Shown: piece after piece, positions 38,071-48,849 of the stretch
Layout of the letters: each line of letters starts with the position of its first letter
Position numbering within the stretch: the first letter of the stretch is position 1
Source: Mobula birostris
Lineage: Eukaryota
Direction: 5' to 3'
DNA length: 64,000 bases
Assembly (NCBI RefSeq): GCF_030028105.1
Contig: NC_092376.1
Location: 44,564,935 to 44,628,934, forward strand
Notes under the pieces: model-generated
The model's input: the letters and a program-made list of their open reading frames with translations, nothing else
What the model was told of the DNA's origin: nothing
The model's database searches: none
Translations under genes and position numbers: made by a program

Positions 38071-40264
38071 AGCAATGGTGTATGCGCACAATTCACACAT
38101 TCTATTGCAACATATATCAAGTTAAATATTAAAATATTAAATATCTAATGCCATAGCAACAGGCTGTAATTGATAGTATGCTCATATAGTTAAGAATGCT
38201 GCTTGTGGAGTAATCACTCCTGCTGACTTTGCTAAGCTATTTGTATATTCCCAGGGATGCAAAGTTATTCTATCCTTTTAATTCATCATACGCACTTAAC
38301 AGCTTCTTCCTTAATAAATGGTACACTCTGTGGAATTTGCCTCTGACTCCTTGTATCAGAAGATTCAAAACTAGTTGAAAATTTTTGGAAAAGGTTGTGA
38401 ATACTGCTAACTGATCCTTGAACAGGAGATTGTATTTGGACCTGTTCCTCAGCAATTTACATTTCCAGTTCATTCATACTATTCTGTATAAACTCTGAAG
38501 GCATATTTATGCCTGTGGTGCATGGTCTAGTAAACAGAGCTGACGAATATTGTTTATTGTCCACTTTCCTTTGCAGTTCTCCAGCGTTCATATGTTCAGT
38601 TTTGGTTAATTGAAAGATCTATTATTCCCATTTGCAATATCATTTTCTTTCAGAACAGATTCAACCTCTTTCGAAAATTTCCAACTTTAATTCTATCAAT
38701 TGTAAATGTGATTGAACCTTGTCACTGGGCTGAAGTAACTCAATTTTTTTTTAACATACCGTTATTTGTATGTCAATGGAGCATATTCCAGAGTGAAAAT
38801 TTGTAGTTTTCACCAATGTGTATTTTTCATCTGAGTGGTTGGTATCAGGGAGAAAGAATTTATTCTTTAACTCAGACACCAAATACTTCTCAGTATCATG
38901 CCTATGATATTGAGATTCTTTCCACATGGTGCCACTTCTTGATGTATCTGATTTTTTTTGTCTGAATATTTTGTTCTAACTGAAGTGTACTTGCTGAGCA
39001 AATCCACCCTTAAGGGTGTTTGTCTGGGGTTGATGATGCTAGACAGACCTTTTCCCCACCTTTTAAAGCACTATGTTCAGAAGTGTTATGGGAAATTGTT
39101 CATGTAGATTAATTTTTCAGATGTGACTGTACTGAATGAATGAGCGGATGTTTTCTTGCAACATTCACAACCCAGATGATCAGGAAAAGATTTCTCAAAG
39201 GAACCTTCTCTTAAGTCTTTGTTTTCATTCAGAGCTTCTTTGGCTTTTCAGATTTTGTATTAATAAAGGCTTGAGTTGCATGATGTTGTTTTCTGTTTGG
39301 TTGAAACACAATAATTAATTCTATACTACTTCCCAATACGTTCAGTACATCTAAAAGAAACTGCCACAGTCAAGTCTTTGCCATAAGCACACATTTTAAA
39401 AGTGCAAGTTTACAAGTGAGTCGGCTGTTACCATTTCACCTCTGTAAAATATTTCCAGATATTCATTTAGTAACTGTAATCTTATGGTGGGTGAACTGAA
39501 TAGTGCCTGTTCTGTGTCACTAGAATGATGCTGATTCTGCACCTCATCTGAATTGGCAAGCTGCCCAGACATTCCAATGTTGGTGGATAGATGGAAATTT
39601 AGGTCAGAATATCATGTAGCTGTAACAATAGATTCACTTTTAAAGCTGTTGTATCTTTTCACTATTTTGTTTCCATGAAGTTGATTTCTGAAAAGGCTAC
39701 CCAACTGCTGTGATATGGAACTTGACAGGTTAGTCCAACATGACAGGCAAGTGATCAGCCATCAGTCCTTCAATGTGAAAACTGAACACTTGAATGCCTA
39801 CAGCATATTTACAATGGTAGGCTGCACACACTGACAGAGAAAAAATATTCCTGAAAAGATAAATTTATTCCAATCTGACAGGGCACAATGGAAACTGACA
39901 GGGATTCTGAACGAGTGGGCAGCATCAGATGCATATACAGATGAATAACAATAGCTCAAGTTCACTCTGAGCTCTGCTGAACAAACACAGCTACAGCCTG
40001 AACACAGCTATAAAAATTCAACCATCTTTGATATTACACTGTTTTCCAATGAGTTTCCACATAGTATGAAGAAGTTTCCCAATTTTCCTCAGCAGAACCT
40101 TTTGCCTGATGTTTTACCCACTCACTTTAACTTTCTCTAACTAACTTGTAGCGCCTTCATCCCAAACGTTAACAACTTACTTTCTTAGCAATCTTCATGT
40201 CATCAGCTAATTTAACACCAACATCTTTGGCCCCTTCATCCAACTCAGTTGTGTAACCGTAGAA

Positions 40265-40510
40265 AGTTTATTTATTTACTTACTGAGCCAGTGCAGAATA
40301 GGCCCTCCCAGTCCTTCGAGCCTCACCGCCAAGCAATTCCTCCAATTTAACCTTAGCCTAATCACGGGACAATTTACAATGACCGGTACGTCTTTGGACC
40401 GAGGGAGGAAACTGGAGCGCTTGGAGGGAACCTACATGGCCACAGGGAGAATGTACAGGTAGCGGTGGGAATTGAACCCTTCGCCTATACTGTGCTAACC
40501 ACTACCCTAC
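40265..40510 (-). mobile_element. V-SINE-like element
   Basis: cgtctttggaccgagggaggaaactggagcgcttggagggaacctacatggccacagggagaatgtaca (reverse V-domain) and tgtgctaaccactac. Confidence 0.65.
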
Positions 40511-40582
40511 CTTGGAAATGCACACACAAAATTGTGAGGAACTTAGCAAGTCATGTAGCATCTGTGAAGGAGAATAAACAGG

Positions 40583-40936
40583 TGTAATGCCCTGGTTAAG
40601 ATTTCTACCATAATGCTGTAGATATTTCATTTTAACAGTTTCTGCAGAAGGAGTATGCCCTGCTGGTAGAATGTTTTAGCTTCGGCTAACGATGAGGAAC
40701 CCTGCTGCTCAATTTAGGAATGTTGTGTTAGCCAATTAGGATGGCAGAATCGGGAGAAAGTTCTAGAGAGTGGGACGGAAAGAGATTTGTGATGGACGGT
40801 AGTCTGGGATCTTTTGGGCAGGAGCTGCAGAAAGGACAGGAGGGAAGATGGCTGAGGATGCTGGGGGAAGGAGTGTCCCTGTTACACAAAGTGCTTTGTG
40901 CAGATGAATGGCTCCAAGGAGGAAGGGCCAATACTC

Positions 40937-40983
<47 letters not shown>

Positions 40984-41451
40984 TGTTTGCTTGAGATGGA
41001 TTTCAAGCGAAACTCAGAATGTGGTGTGTACTTTCATGCAGACCGTGGGTCCAGCACGAGTGAAAATACAACTTCACAATGAGCTCCAATTTCATGTGCA
41101 CATTTGGACTGGTCTAAGCGTAATGGGCTTTTTTGTCCTTTTCTTTTTCTTACTAACTCTTTGCTAAAGCTGAAATTTGTAAATACACTTCCTTTATAAT
41201 TTTATGTGGTGTACGATTTGTTATTTCTTGCGACTTATTAGTGTGTATGGGTAGAATTTACACAGCATTCGCTGAAATTGAGGTTTCTTTAATCAGAACA
41301 TCACAATATTCCTGTTTGGTTGAACCCAAATCATCCTGATCTTAGACAAATATTGATTATGAAAGGTGGCCTTCTCATTGCTGAGTCCCTTGGCTGTTAG
41401 CAAAGACGGCTAGTGAGCCAAGTTTGCATATGAGCGCGGTGCGGGGTTACA
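40583..41451. mobile_element. Solo LTR
   Basis: Termini TGTAAtgccc...ggggTTACA; flanking 4-mers cagg/caag (near-perfect TSD); cleanly interrupts the host repeat. Confidence 0.75.
40939..40981. repeat. (GA)n microsatellite within the LTR
   Basis: About 21 uninterrupted GA units. Confidence 0.97.
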
Positions 41452-42070
41452 CAAGCAAGGTTTTGACCCCAGATCCCTCATCAGGACTGGAAAGGAATGG
41501 GGCGAAAGCCAGAACGAGAAAGTTGGGGAAGAAGCAGGACAATAAGCTGGCAGGTGATAGGTAAGATCAGGTGAGGGGAGGAGGAGGGGATGAAGTAAGA
41601 AGCTTGTGGTGATAGGTGGAAGAGGGAAAGGGCTGAAGAGGGAATCTAATAGGAGAGGACAGTGGATCATAATGTAAAGGGAAGGACAAGGGGAGCCAGT
41701 GGAATGTGATAGGTAGCTGAGGCGAAGGGAAGAGGTGAGAGGTAATCAGAGTGGGCCATGGAAAAAGAGAGAAAGGAGTAGTAGGGGTGGAATTAGAGAA
41801 ACCCATGTACATACCAGCAGGTTGGAGTTACCCAGACAGAATATGCAGTGATGCTCCTCCAACCTGGCTTGAGCCTCATCATGGCAGAAGCGGAAGCCAC
41901 AGATAGACATGCCGGTATGGGAATAGGAAGTCAAATTGAAATAATCGACCATAGGTGGCTGTTTATTGCCCTCCATAGATGCCAGCTGACTTGATGAGTT
42001 CCTCCAGCATGTTGTATGTGTTGCTGGACATTTCCAGCAAACGCAGAATCTCTTATGCTTATGAAAGATG

Positions 42071-42169
42071 AGACACTTGGATTCACTCTACAGCACAGCA
42101 CTTAAGTGTATCCTTTCCTGGTTGTTAAGATGCACTAAGTGCTGTGCTGTAGAGTGAATCCAAGTGTCT
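42071..42169. repeat. Perfect 34-bp inverted repeat (hairpin)
   Basis: agacacttggattcactctacagcacagcactta (42071-42104) versus taagtgctgtgctgtagagtgaatccaagtgtct (42136-42169). Confidence 0.95.
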
Positions 42170-42342
42170 GTTTCCTGGTCGCCAGCCAAACATCTATCCA
42201 TGCCATTAGATCAACTTTGATGTGGCTCTTTGTTAGAAGCCTTGTAGAAATCCAGGGAGAGTAAATCCACTGACTCCTGTATCAGTAGTTCACGTTACTC
42301 AAAAGAGCTACAATATGCTGGTTAAATATTATCTCAGTTTCA

Positions 42343-42500
42343 CAACAACACACACAAAATGCTGGAGGAACTCAGCAGATCAGGCAGCGTCTATGGAAAA
42401 GAGTAGACAGTCGACATTTTGAGCTGAGACTCTTCATAGGACTGGAACGGAAGGGGGAAGAAGCCAGAATAAGAATGTGAGGTAGGCGAAGGACGATAGC
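42343..42500 (-). repeat. Penelope-associated repeat with a hammerhead remnant
   Basis: Reverse complement reads ccagtcctatgaaGAGtctcagCTCaaaatgtcgactg. Confidence 0.8.
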
Positions 42501-42548
42501 CAGAGGGTAATTTCACAACATAGAGCAGAAGAAAGCACTGGGTCCTGC

Positions 42549-42788
42549 TGTAGGGTAATGTAATTAGTGGAAACGTACATAATTCACAGCCACCCACATT
42601 GGTTTGGGGCTCACTTTAAAAACCTGATCTGACGTGATGCCATAATTACGTAAAATACTTTTACCGACGTGATGCCATAATTACGTAAAGTACTTTCACC
42701 ATGCAGTGTTTGGAGTACAATAAATGAGTTGCTATGGTTTTCCTTAAACATAAAATGCCTCTGCCGTTTTTATTCGTGAAAACCTACA
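42549..42788 (+). mobile_element. Short solo-LTR-like element with an internal 35-bp tandem duplication
   Basis: Ends TGTAGG...CCTACA; AATAAA near 42719; gacgtgatgccataattacgtaaa twice at 42631-42700; no clear TSD. Confidence 0.5.
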
Positions 42789-42794
42789 TTACTA

Positions 42795-43667
42795 CCCAGT
42801 GAAGCTGCATTATAGCCTAGAGTGTTTGATGAAAGCCACCAAAAATGTTCCCTGTGCCTCTGGCTGCAACACAAGCCCAAGGCATGATTGATCCATTCCC
42901 ATGCTTAACAGTTGGAGAGAGGTTCTTTTCATGAAATTCTGCACCCTTTTTTCTCCAAACATACCTTTACTCATTGCGGCCAAAAAGTTTTATTTTAACT
43001 TCATCAGTCCACAGGACTTGTTTCCAAAGTGCATCAGGCTTGTTTAGATGTTCCTTTGAACCATTTGAATAGAACATTTACTGGTAGAGGGAAGAATGAA
43101 TTCAATTAAATACCAGCAAATTCTGGAAGCAACCATCACACTGTCTGTAAAAAAAAAAAGCCAAAGTTGAAAAGAGGATAGCTTCTACAATAGGATAATG
43201 AACCTAAACACACCTCAAAATCCACAATCGACTACCCCAAGAGGTGCAAGCTGAAGGTTTTGCCATGGCCCTCACAGTCCCCTGACCTAAACATCATCCA
43301 GAATCTGTGGATAGACCTCAAAAGAGCAGTGCATGCAAGATGGCCCAAGAATCTCACAGAACTAGAAACCTTTTGCAAGGAAGAATGGACAAAAATCCCC
43401 CAAACAAGAATTGAAAGACTCTTAGCTGGCCACAGAAAGCGTTTACAAGCTGTGATACTTGAAAAAGGGGGTGTTACTAAGTACCGCCATGCAGGGTGAC
43501 CAAACTTTTGCTTCGGTCCCTTTTCCTTTTTTTGTTATTTTGAAACTGTAAAAGATGGAAATAAAAAAGTTTTCTTGCTTAAAATATTAAAGAAATGTGT
43601 CATATTTAGCCTTATGCCTTTAGGAAATATATATATGTGTGTGTGCCTAAGACTTTTGGACAGTACT
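42795..43667. mobile_element. Rearranged Tc1 DNA transposon remnant
   Basis: Minus 42840-43055: LWTDEVKIKLFG..PTVKHG..IMPWAC. Plus 43070-43490: EGRMNSIKYQQILE..DNEPKHTS..WPSQSPDLNIIQNLW. TIR-like end tgcctaagacttttggacagtact. Confidence 0.85.
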
Positions 43668-43739
43668 TTACAAGAAATCGAAACTCATTTTTTCCATTTC
43701 TTTTAGAAGTGGACACTTACTTTGAGCAATAAAAGATGT

Positions 43740-46035
43740 TGACTGTTCTTTTTTTTGTCCAGCTTCAAGGTGCAATTAATTAAAGTGGGCCTGGTCAATC
43801 CTCTTTTAATTGCTCTTGTGTGTCATCCACCAAAAATACATACTCGATTTTTGGACTTCCCCTCAAACACTATGCCCAGACTGAGTTCTGATTTTTGGTG
43901 ATTTTAATATTCATGTTTGTTGTCCCGCTAAGCCTCTCGTAAGTGATTTTATGCATCCGGTTGAGTCTTTTAATCTTGCTCTGCTTATTACTGGACCCAC
44001 TCAGAAGCAAGGCCATACACTGGGATGTGGCATTAAAATGTGTGGCCACTGGAGATCCTGCTTCCTCTGGTGGACAGAGCATTGGTGTTCAGTGAAGTGG
44101 TCTCCCAGTCTGCGTCGGGTCTCACCAATATATAGAAGGCCACACCGGACACAGTATATCACACCAGCCCTTACACTTCCTCCCTCACCACCATTCAGGG
44201 CCCCAGACAGTCCTTCTAGGTGAGGCAACACTTCACCTATGAATCGGCTGGTGTGATATACTGCATCCGGTGCTCCCGATGCGGCCTTCTATATATTGGT
44301 GAGACCCAACGCAGATTGGGAGACTGCGTCACTGAACACCTACGCTCCAGAGGAAGCAGGATCTCCCCATGGCCACACATTTTAATTCCACGTTCCATTC
44401 GCATTCCGATATGTCAATCCACAGCCTCCTCTACCGTCGAGATAAAGCCACACTCAGGTTGGAGGAACAGCACCTTATATTCCATCTGGGTAGCCTCCAA
44501 CCTGATGGCATGAACATTGACTTCTCTAACTTCCGCTAATGCCCCTCCTCCCCTTCTTACCCCATCCCTATTTTATTTATTTATTTATTTTCCTCTCTTC
44601 TCCTCTCATATTAACTCCTTGTCTGTTCTCCATCTTCCGCTGGTGCTCCCCTCCCCCTTTCTTTCTTCCAAGGCCTTCCATCCCATGATACTCCCCCTTC
44701 TCCAGCCTTGTATCCCCTTTTTCTAATCAACTTCCCAGCTCTTGGCTTCATCCCCTCCCCCTCCTGTCTTCTCCTATCATTTTGGATCTCCCCTCCCCCT
44801 CCCACTTTCAAATCTCTTACTATCTCTTTTTTCAATTAGTCCTGACAAAAGGTTCTCGACCCAAAACATCGAATATACTTCTTCCTATAGATGCTGCCTG
44901 GCCTGCTGCGTTCCACCAGCATTTTGTGTGTGTTCCCATTCTTTTCTCTATATATATGCCTCCCCTCGGCCAAATCATTCAAAAATATGACATTTCTTTT
45001 CACTGTTATGCTGACAACGCACAGCTTTATCTCCCCCGAAACCAAACGACCAGTCAAATCTAGCCAGCCTCATGAACTGCCTTGAGGACATAAAGTGTTG
45101 GATGGCACAAAACTTCTTACAGCTGAATGAAGGCAAGTCTGAAGTTGTCCTATTTGGCCCCCCTGACTCCATCAAAGTGATTACCAACAGTCTTGGTAAC
45201 CTGTCCACCCTTTCCAAACCCCATGTCAAAAACCTTGGTGTGATACTTGATTCCACCTTTAAGTTTGACAAGCAAGTTAATGCAGTAGTAAAAGCCAGCT
45301 TTTTCCAGCTTCATACTATTGCCAAAATCAAGCAGTTTCTCTCTTTCAAAGATCTCGAGAAAGTCATCCACGCCCTTATATCTTCCCGCTTGGACTACTC
45401 CAACTCCCTGTATACTGGGATTAGTCAGTCGCCCCTGTCCCGCCTGCAACTGATCCAGAATGCCGCAGCCAGGCTCCTGATAGGTGCCCGGAAGAAGGAC
45501 CATATTACTCCTATCCTGGCCTCCCTCCTCTGGCTGCCAGTACAGTTCAGAATTGATTTTAAGATCCTCCTGTTTGTTTATAAAGCCCTAAATGGGCTGC
45601 CCTCCCCCATATCACAGACCTTCTAACCCCTTATTCTACTTCTAGGTCCCTCAGGTTGGCTGACTTGGGGCTCCTGGCTGTCCCGCGATCAAAATTTAAG
45701 TTCAAGGGTGACTGCACCTTTGCTATTGTAGCCCCTAGACAGTGGAACAGCATTCCCCTCCCAATCAGATCTTCCTCCTCCATCGACTCTTTTAAATCCA
45801 GGCTCAAAACTTACTTTTGTTCACTAGCGTTTGAATCCTCCTGATGTGGCTGATTTTTGGCTTGTGCCTAGGCCCTTGTGTTGTGTCTTTTGTGCCTATA
45901 AGCTGTTTGCTTTGTTGGTTAAATCTGTGTTTCTTGTATTTGTGATTTTAGCTATCTGCTCTGATCTGTACAGCACTTTGGTCAACTTGGGTTGTTTTTA
46001 AATGTGCTATATAAATAAATTTGACTTGACTTGAC
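43740..46035 (+). mobile_element. L2-clade LINE (endonuclease 43740-43995; RT C-terminus 44935-45840) interrupted by a Penelope-like element
   Basis: GDFNIHV..GPTQKQGHTL; HCYADNAQLY; CLEDIKCWMAQNFLQLNEGKSEV..SRLDYSNSL..HITPILASLLWLP; (ttgac)n tail at 46021-46035. Confidence 0.9.
44020..44935 (+). mobile_element. Penelope-like element with an inverted 5' segment
   Basis: Plus strand FTYESAGVIYCIRCSRCGLLYIGETQRRLGD (GIY-YIG); minus 44020-44170 is an inverted copy GVIYCVRCGLLYIGETRRRLGDHFTEH; terminal repeat at 44836-44935. Confidence 0.9.
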
Positions 46036-48026
46036 ATTTTTCCATAGATGCTGTCTGGCCTGCTAAGTTCCTCCAGCATTTTGTGTGTGTTGCATTCTGC
46101 AGATTTTCTCTTTGTAATAAATATTGCGTTTGCTTTTGTAGAAGAGCTGGGAAATATCATTTCTCATTTTCGGCACAATCTCTGATGTTTCATTAGCAAG
46201 CACAGGAGAAATGTTGAAGTTGTCAGTATATCAGATGCTTTTTATACACTGAAGAGGGTTGAAAAACACATTGGTCAGATATTTCATTCATGCCAAAGTT
46301 GTTGTTAATTCTAGTTTCCCAATGTCTTTGAATCATCTTTCAATTGTCTTGCTCTTCATCAAAAGAGCACTAAAAATAAACAAGTACTTCACATTTATCC
46401 AAGCAAATTAAAAATGAACTTGCAATTCAGCAACAGTAACTACCTATGAAATTTAACGAACAATATCATTTCCGTACAGCTTTCCGTAGAAAGAGGGCAT
46501 AGTGTATGCATGCAATTCACACATTCCATTGCAGTGTATATCTAGTTAAATATTAAAATCACAAAGTTATTACATTCACTTCAATATGCACTAAAGGATT
46601 TTACTGCAGTTATGTCTACAGGCAGGAACAGTTGTAAAAATGTCAGTATCAATCTCTAATTTCAATAACATCAGAATGTGAGCATATTGTCAAAAATATT
46701 AGCTGAGAAATTACCTCTTGTAGTTGCAATATAATACCATATTAATTATTCTGCTCTAATTTTACCAAAAGCATATATGCAATAATATACCAGAACTGTC
46801 TCTTAGTGACACAAACAACATCATGAAACCTCTTGAGTCGGGTGGAAGGTACATGCATTTGTATTGGAAAAGTTCCCATATCCCCTAAAACAAATATGCT
46901 ATGTGCTTTCCATATGCCAGTCAGCCTCCAAATATCATAACTGATAATTCAGCTACTTCAGTACTTAATTCCTTGACAAATAGGTTTAATCTGCATTGCT
47001 ACCTCAGACTTTTCTTTGCACTTAGAAGGGAAATAAGTTTCCCAGTGTTAGGTATATTTGTATTTTGAACTGTGAAATGAAGTATCAACCCTTCTCAGAA
47101 AAATGGTAACTGCATTGAAGTGAAACCTCAAACCTTCAATAGAAATGATAATCAACACTTTCTGGGGAAGAAGAGGAACTCTGAAATGACCCTTTCCACC
47201 TTCTCCAATATAAAACCATCAATGCCTTTGCTCACATAACCTTTTTATTTCTTCTAGTATTTCTCTCTCAACTCCCTCTACTCCCCTTTTCAGTTCCTAT
47301 TATCTCCCCATTCGCCAACTTAAATGTCACAATTTCTTATTTCTGATGACACAGATGGAAGGTACATCAAAACCTAGCTTAGATTACATTTCAAGTCTAC
47401 AAATACTTCCTCCTATATCACACATTTCACAAATATACCCTTACACAGACATAGAATAGATTCCATGGAAATACGTGTGGACAACGGGGCAAAGCTTTGA
47501 GCAGCATCCAGTTGAACCTTCTGGAACCTTAAGCCAAAGCAGGGACCTCCTTTCAGTTTGAACAGTGATCTGCCTCATAGGAAACAGTGCTGACAAAACC
47601 GTTGTGCTTTATAAGTTCAGAGGTTCTTCCATTGCCCAGAGGGAAATAATTGTGTGGACAACACAATACGTTTTTTGACAGTTATTACAGATGCAAGACG
47701 TTTAAGATGCAGGGAGGACAACTGATACCTTTTACAGATCACTGGTTACATACCAATGAGAAGAATGTGTATGGCACACTTTTTTTTCCTTTACCTAATA
47801 TTTGAATTCAATATTTAAACAAAATAGGGTCCCATCTAGCTTACTAAGTGTCTCTCTTTTAAGGACAAGATGTACAGGTATTGCTCCAAATGAACAGTAT
47901 GACATTTTTATAATATAAAAAAATTATAAAATGTTTTATAATATAAAATTTACAATGCTATATATGATGACTTTAGAGCAAAATGTTACATATTTGAGTT
48001 GAAGTTTATAGCTAAGCTGGGAGGTG

Positions 48027-48263
48027 TGTTGTGTAGTTAATATTGCCATAATATTTGAGTAAAATTGTAAATATATTGTTTGATTAAATATTTTCATTTG
48101 TTTACATCATTCATTATGGGTTATATGTGAGAAGAAGGTGAATTGCATATGTTATTATGCCACCATTTCATATGTGAGTGCCACACTAAAGAAAAGAACT
48201 AAGTACATGAGTATTGTCGGTTCCTGTGTTTTTTTATTAGTTTCTGAAGTTAGAAAACATAAT
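48027..48263 (+). mobile_element. Probable Gypsy-type LTR
   Basis: Purine-rich tract gctgggagg, then TGTTGTGT... AT-rich body ending gaaaacataa. Confidence 0.45.
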
Positions 48264-48297
48264 CGGTTTCTTCCTAAGTGCAGCTGCTGCTTGGACC

Positions 48298-48585
48298 ATG
48301 ATCTTGGCCCTGCTTGAGCTATTTGGACTGCAGCAGGAGATAGGCGCTCCTAGCATATAGAGGATTGTCTAGCCTTTGCCCAAACCTCACTTCCACAATG
48401 TGATCTGCGATTTAATATCACTCCTCTAGGTCACCAACCTGGGCATTGCGACATTAGTGCACACGGCTTGCTTCCTCGCCGTGCCCTTTGTATGTCCGAT
48501 GCAGTACTTTCACTGGAGTAGGAGGTGGACGGTGACGCCTCCAAATGCAGACGGATCAGAGTGTCATCAGTCACGGTGTGACCAG
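48298..48585 (+). pseudogene. Putative first exon of a decayed plus-strand gene
   Basis: accATG start and 96 codons in one frame up to a consensus phase-0 donor CAG|GTGAGT; three in-frame TAG; hydrophobic VTNLGIATLVHTACFLAVPFVC followed by WSRRW. Confidence 0.45.
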
Positions 48586-48849
48586 GTGAGTGTCAGCAGA
48601 TAAGTAGCATCTTCTCCTTGGTGTTAGCAAACTTGCACAACTCGGATTTAAATCTGGCCAAAAAGCCAGAGATTTTCATTGAGGACAGGGAGCACTCATG
48701 GAAGGAGCAATGGATTTAACGATCCAGGTCAATAGTCTCCAATCAGAACTGGATATTTGAAAAAAACATGTGGGTTTTAAGTTAGGATGTAGGGTGCAAA
48801 GAACGTACCCTGCCTGTGGGTCCAAATGATGACACGTCTGTCAGAGAAA

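Larger units (their letters stand above)
40518..41960 (-). mobile_element. Penelope-like element split by a solo LTR
   Basis: Terminal repeat halves at 40518-40582 and 41452-41495; ORF 41746-41976 HFN-like..HDEAQARLEEHHCIFCLG (GIY-YIG C-terminus). Confidence 0.75.
23385..46830 (-). pseudogene. Transposon-shattered, partly duplicated large-exon pseudogene with SPATA31/FAM205/CCDC168-like motifs. Islands at ~23385-24255, 26411-27470, 28150-28400, 29890-31729, 38150-40260 and 46115-46830
   Basis: Minus-strand frames with scattered stops and frameshifts. EHKKILELNMKKLINHKSVQNAV|MALSYFCQNSIEAFIPTAPKLIPPW stays in frame across the CR1 insertion. Also IEFNVKKKFINQIRRLPNFVKSSFRNFMGSPPP, PPFFEQYIVDKLQLNLKHRLI and KKIEYVKRKITSNILDVEYSL. 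Acceptor ttgtttatttttAG at ~46370. Family resemblance is by eye only. Confidence 0.5.

Noticed and set aside
40728-41167. ORFs with ERERER/SLSLSL runs
   Set aside because: These are translations of the (GA)n microsatellite inside an LTR.
42631-42700. 35-bp direct repeat as a CRISPR-like array
   Set aside because: There are only two adjacent units, no unique spacers, and the context is a eukaryotic LTR-like element.
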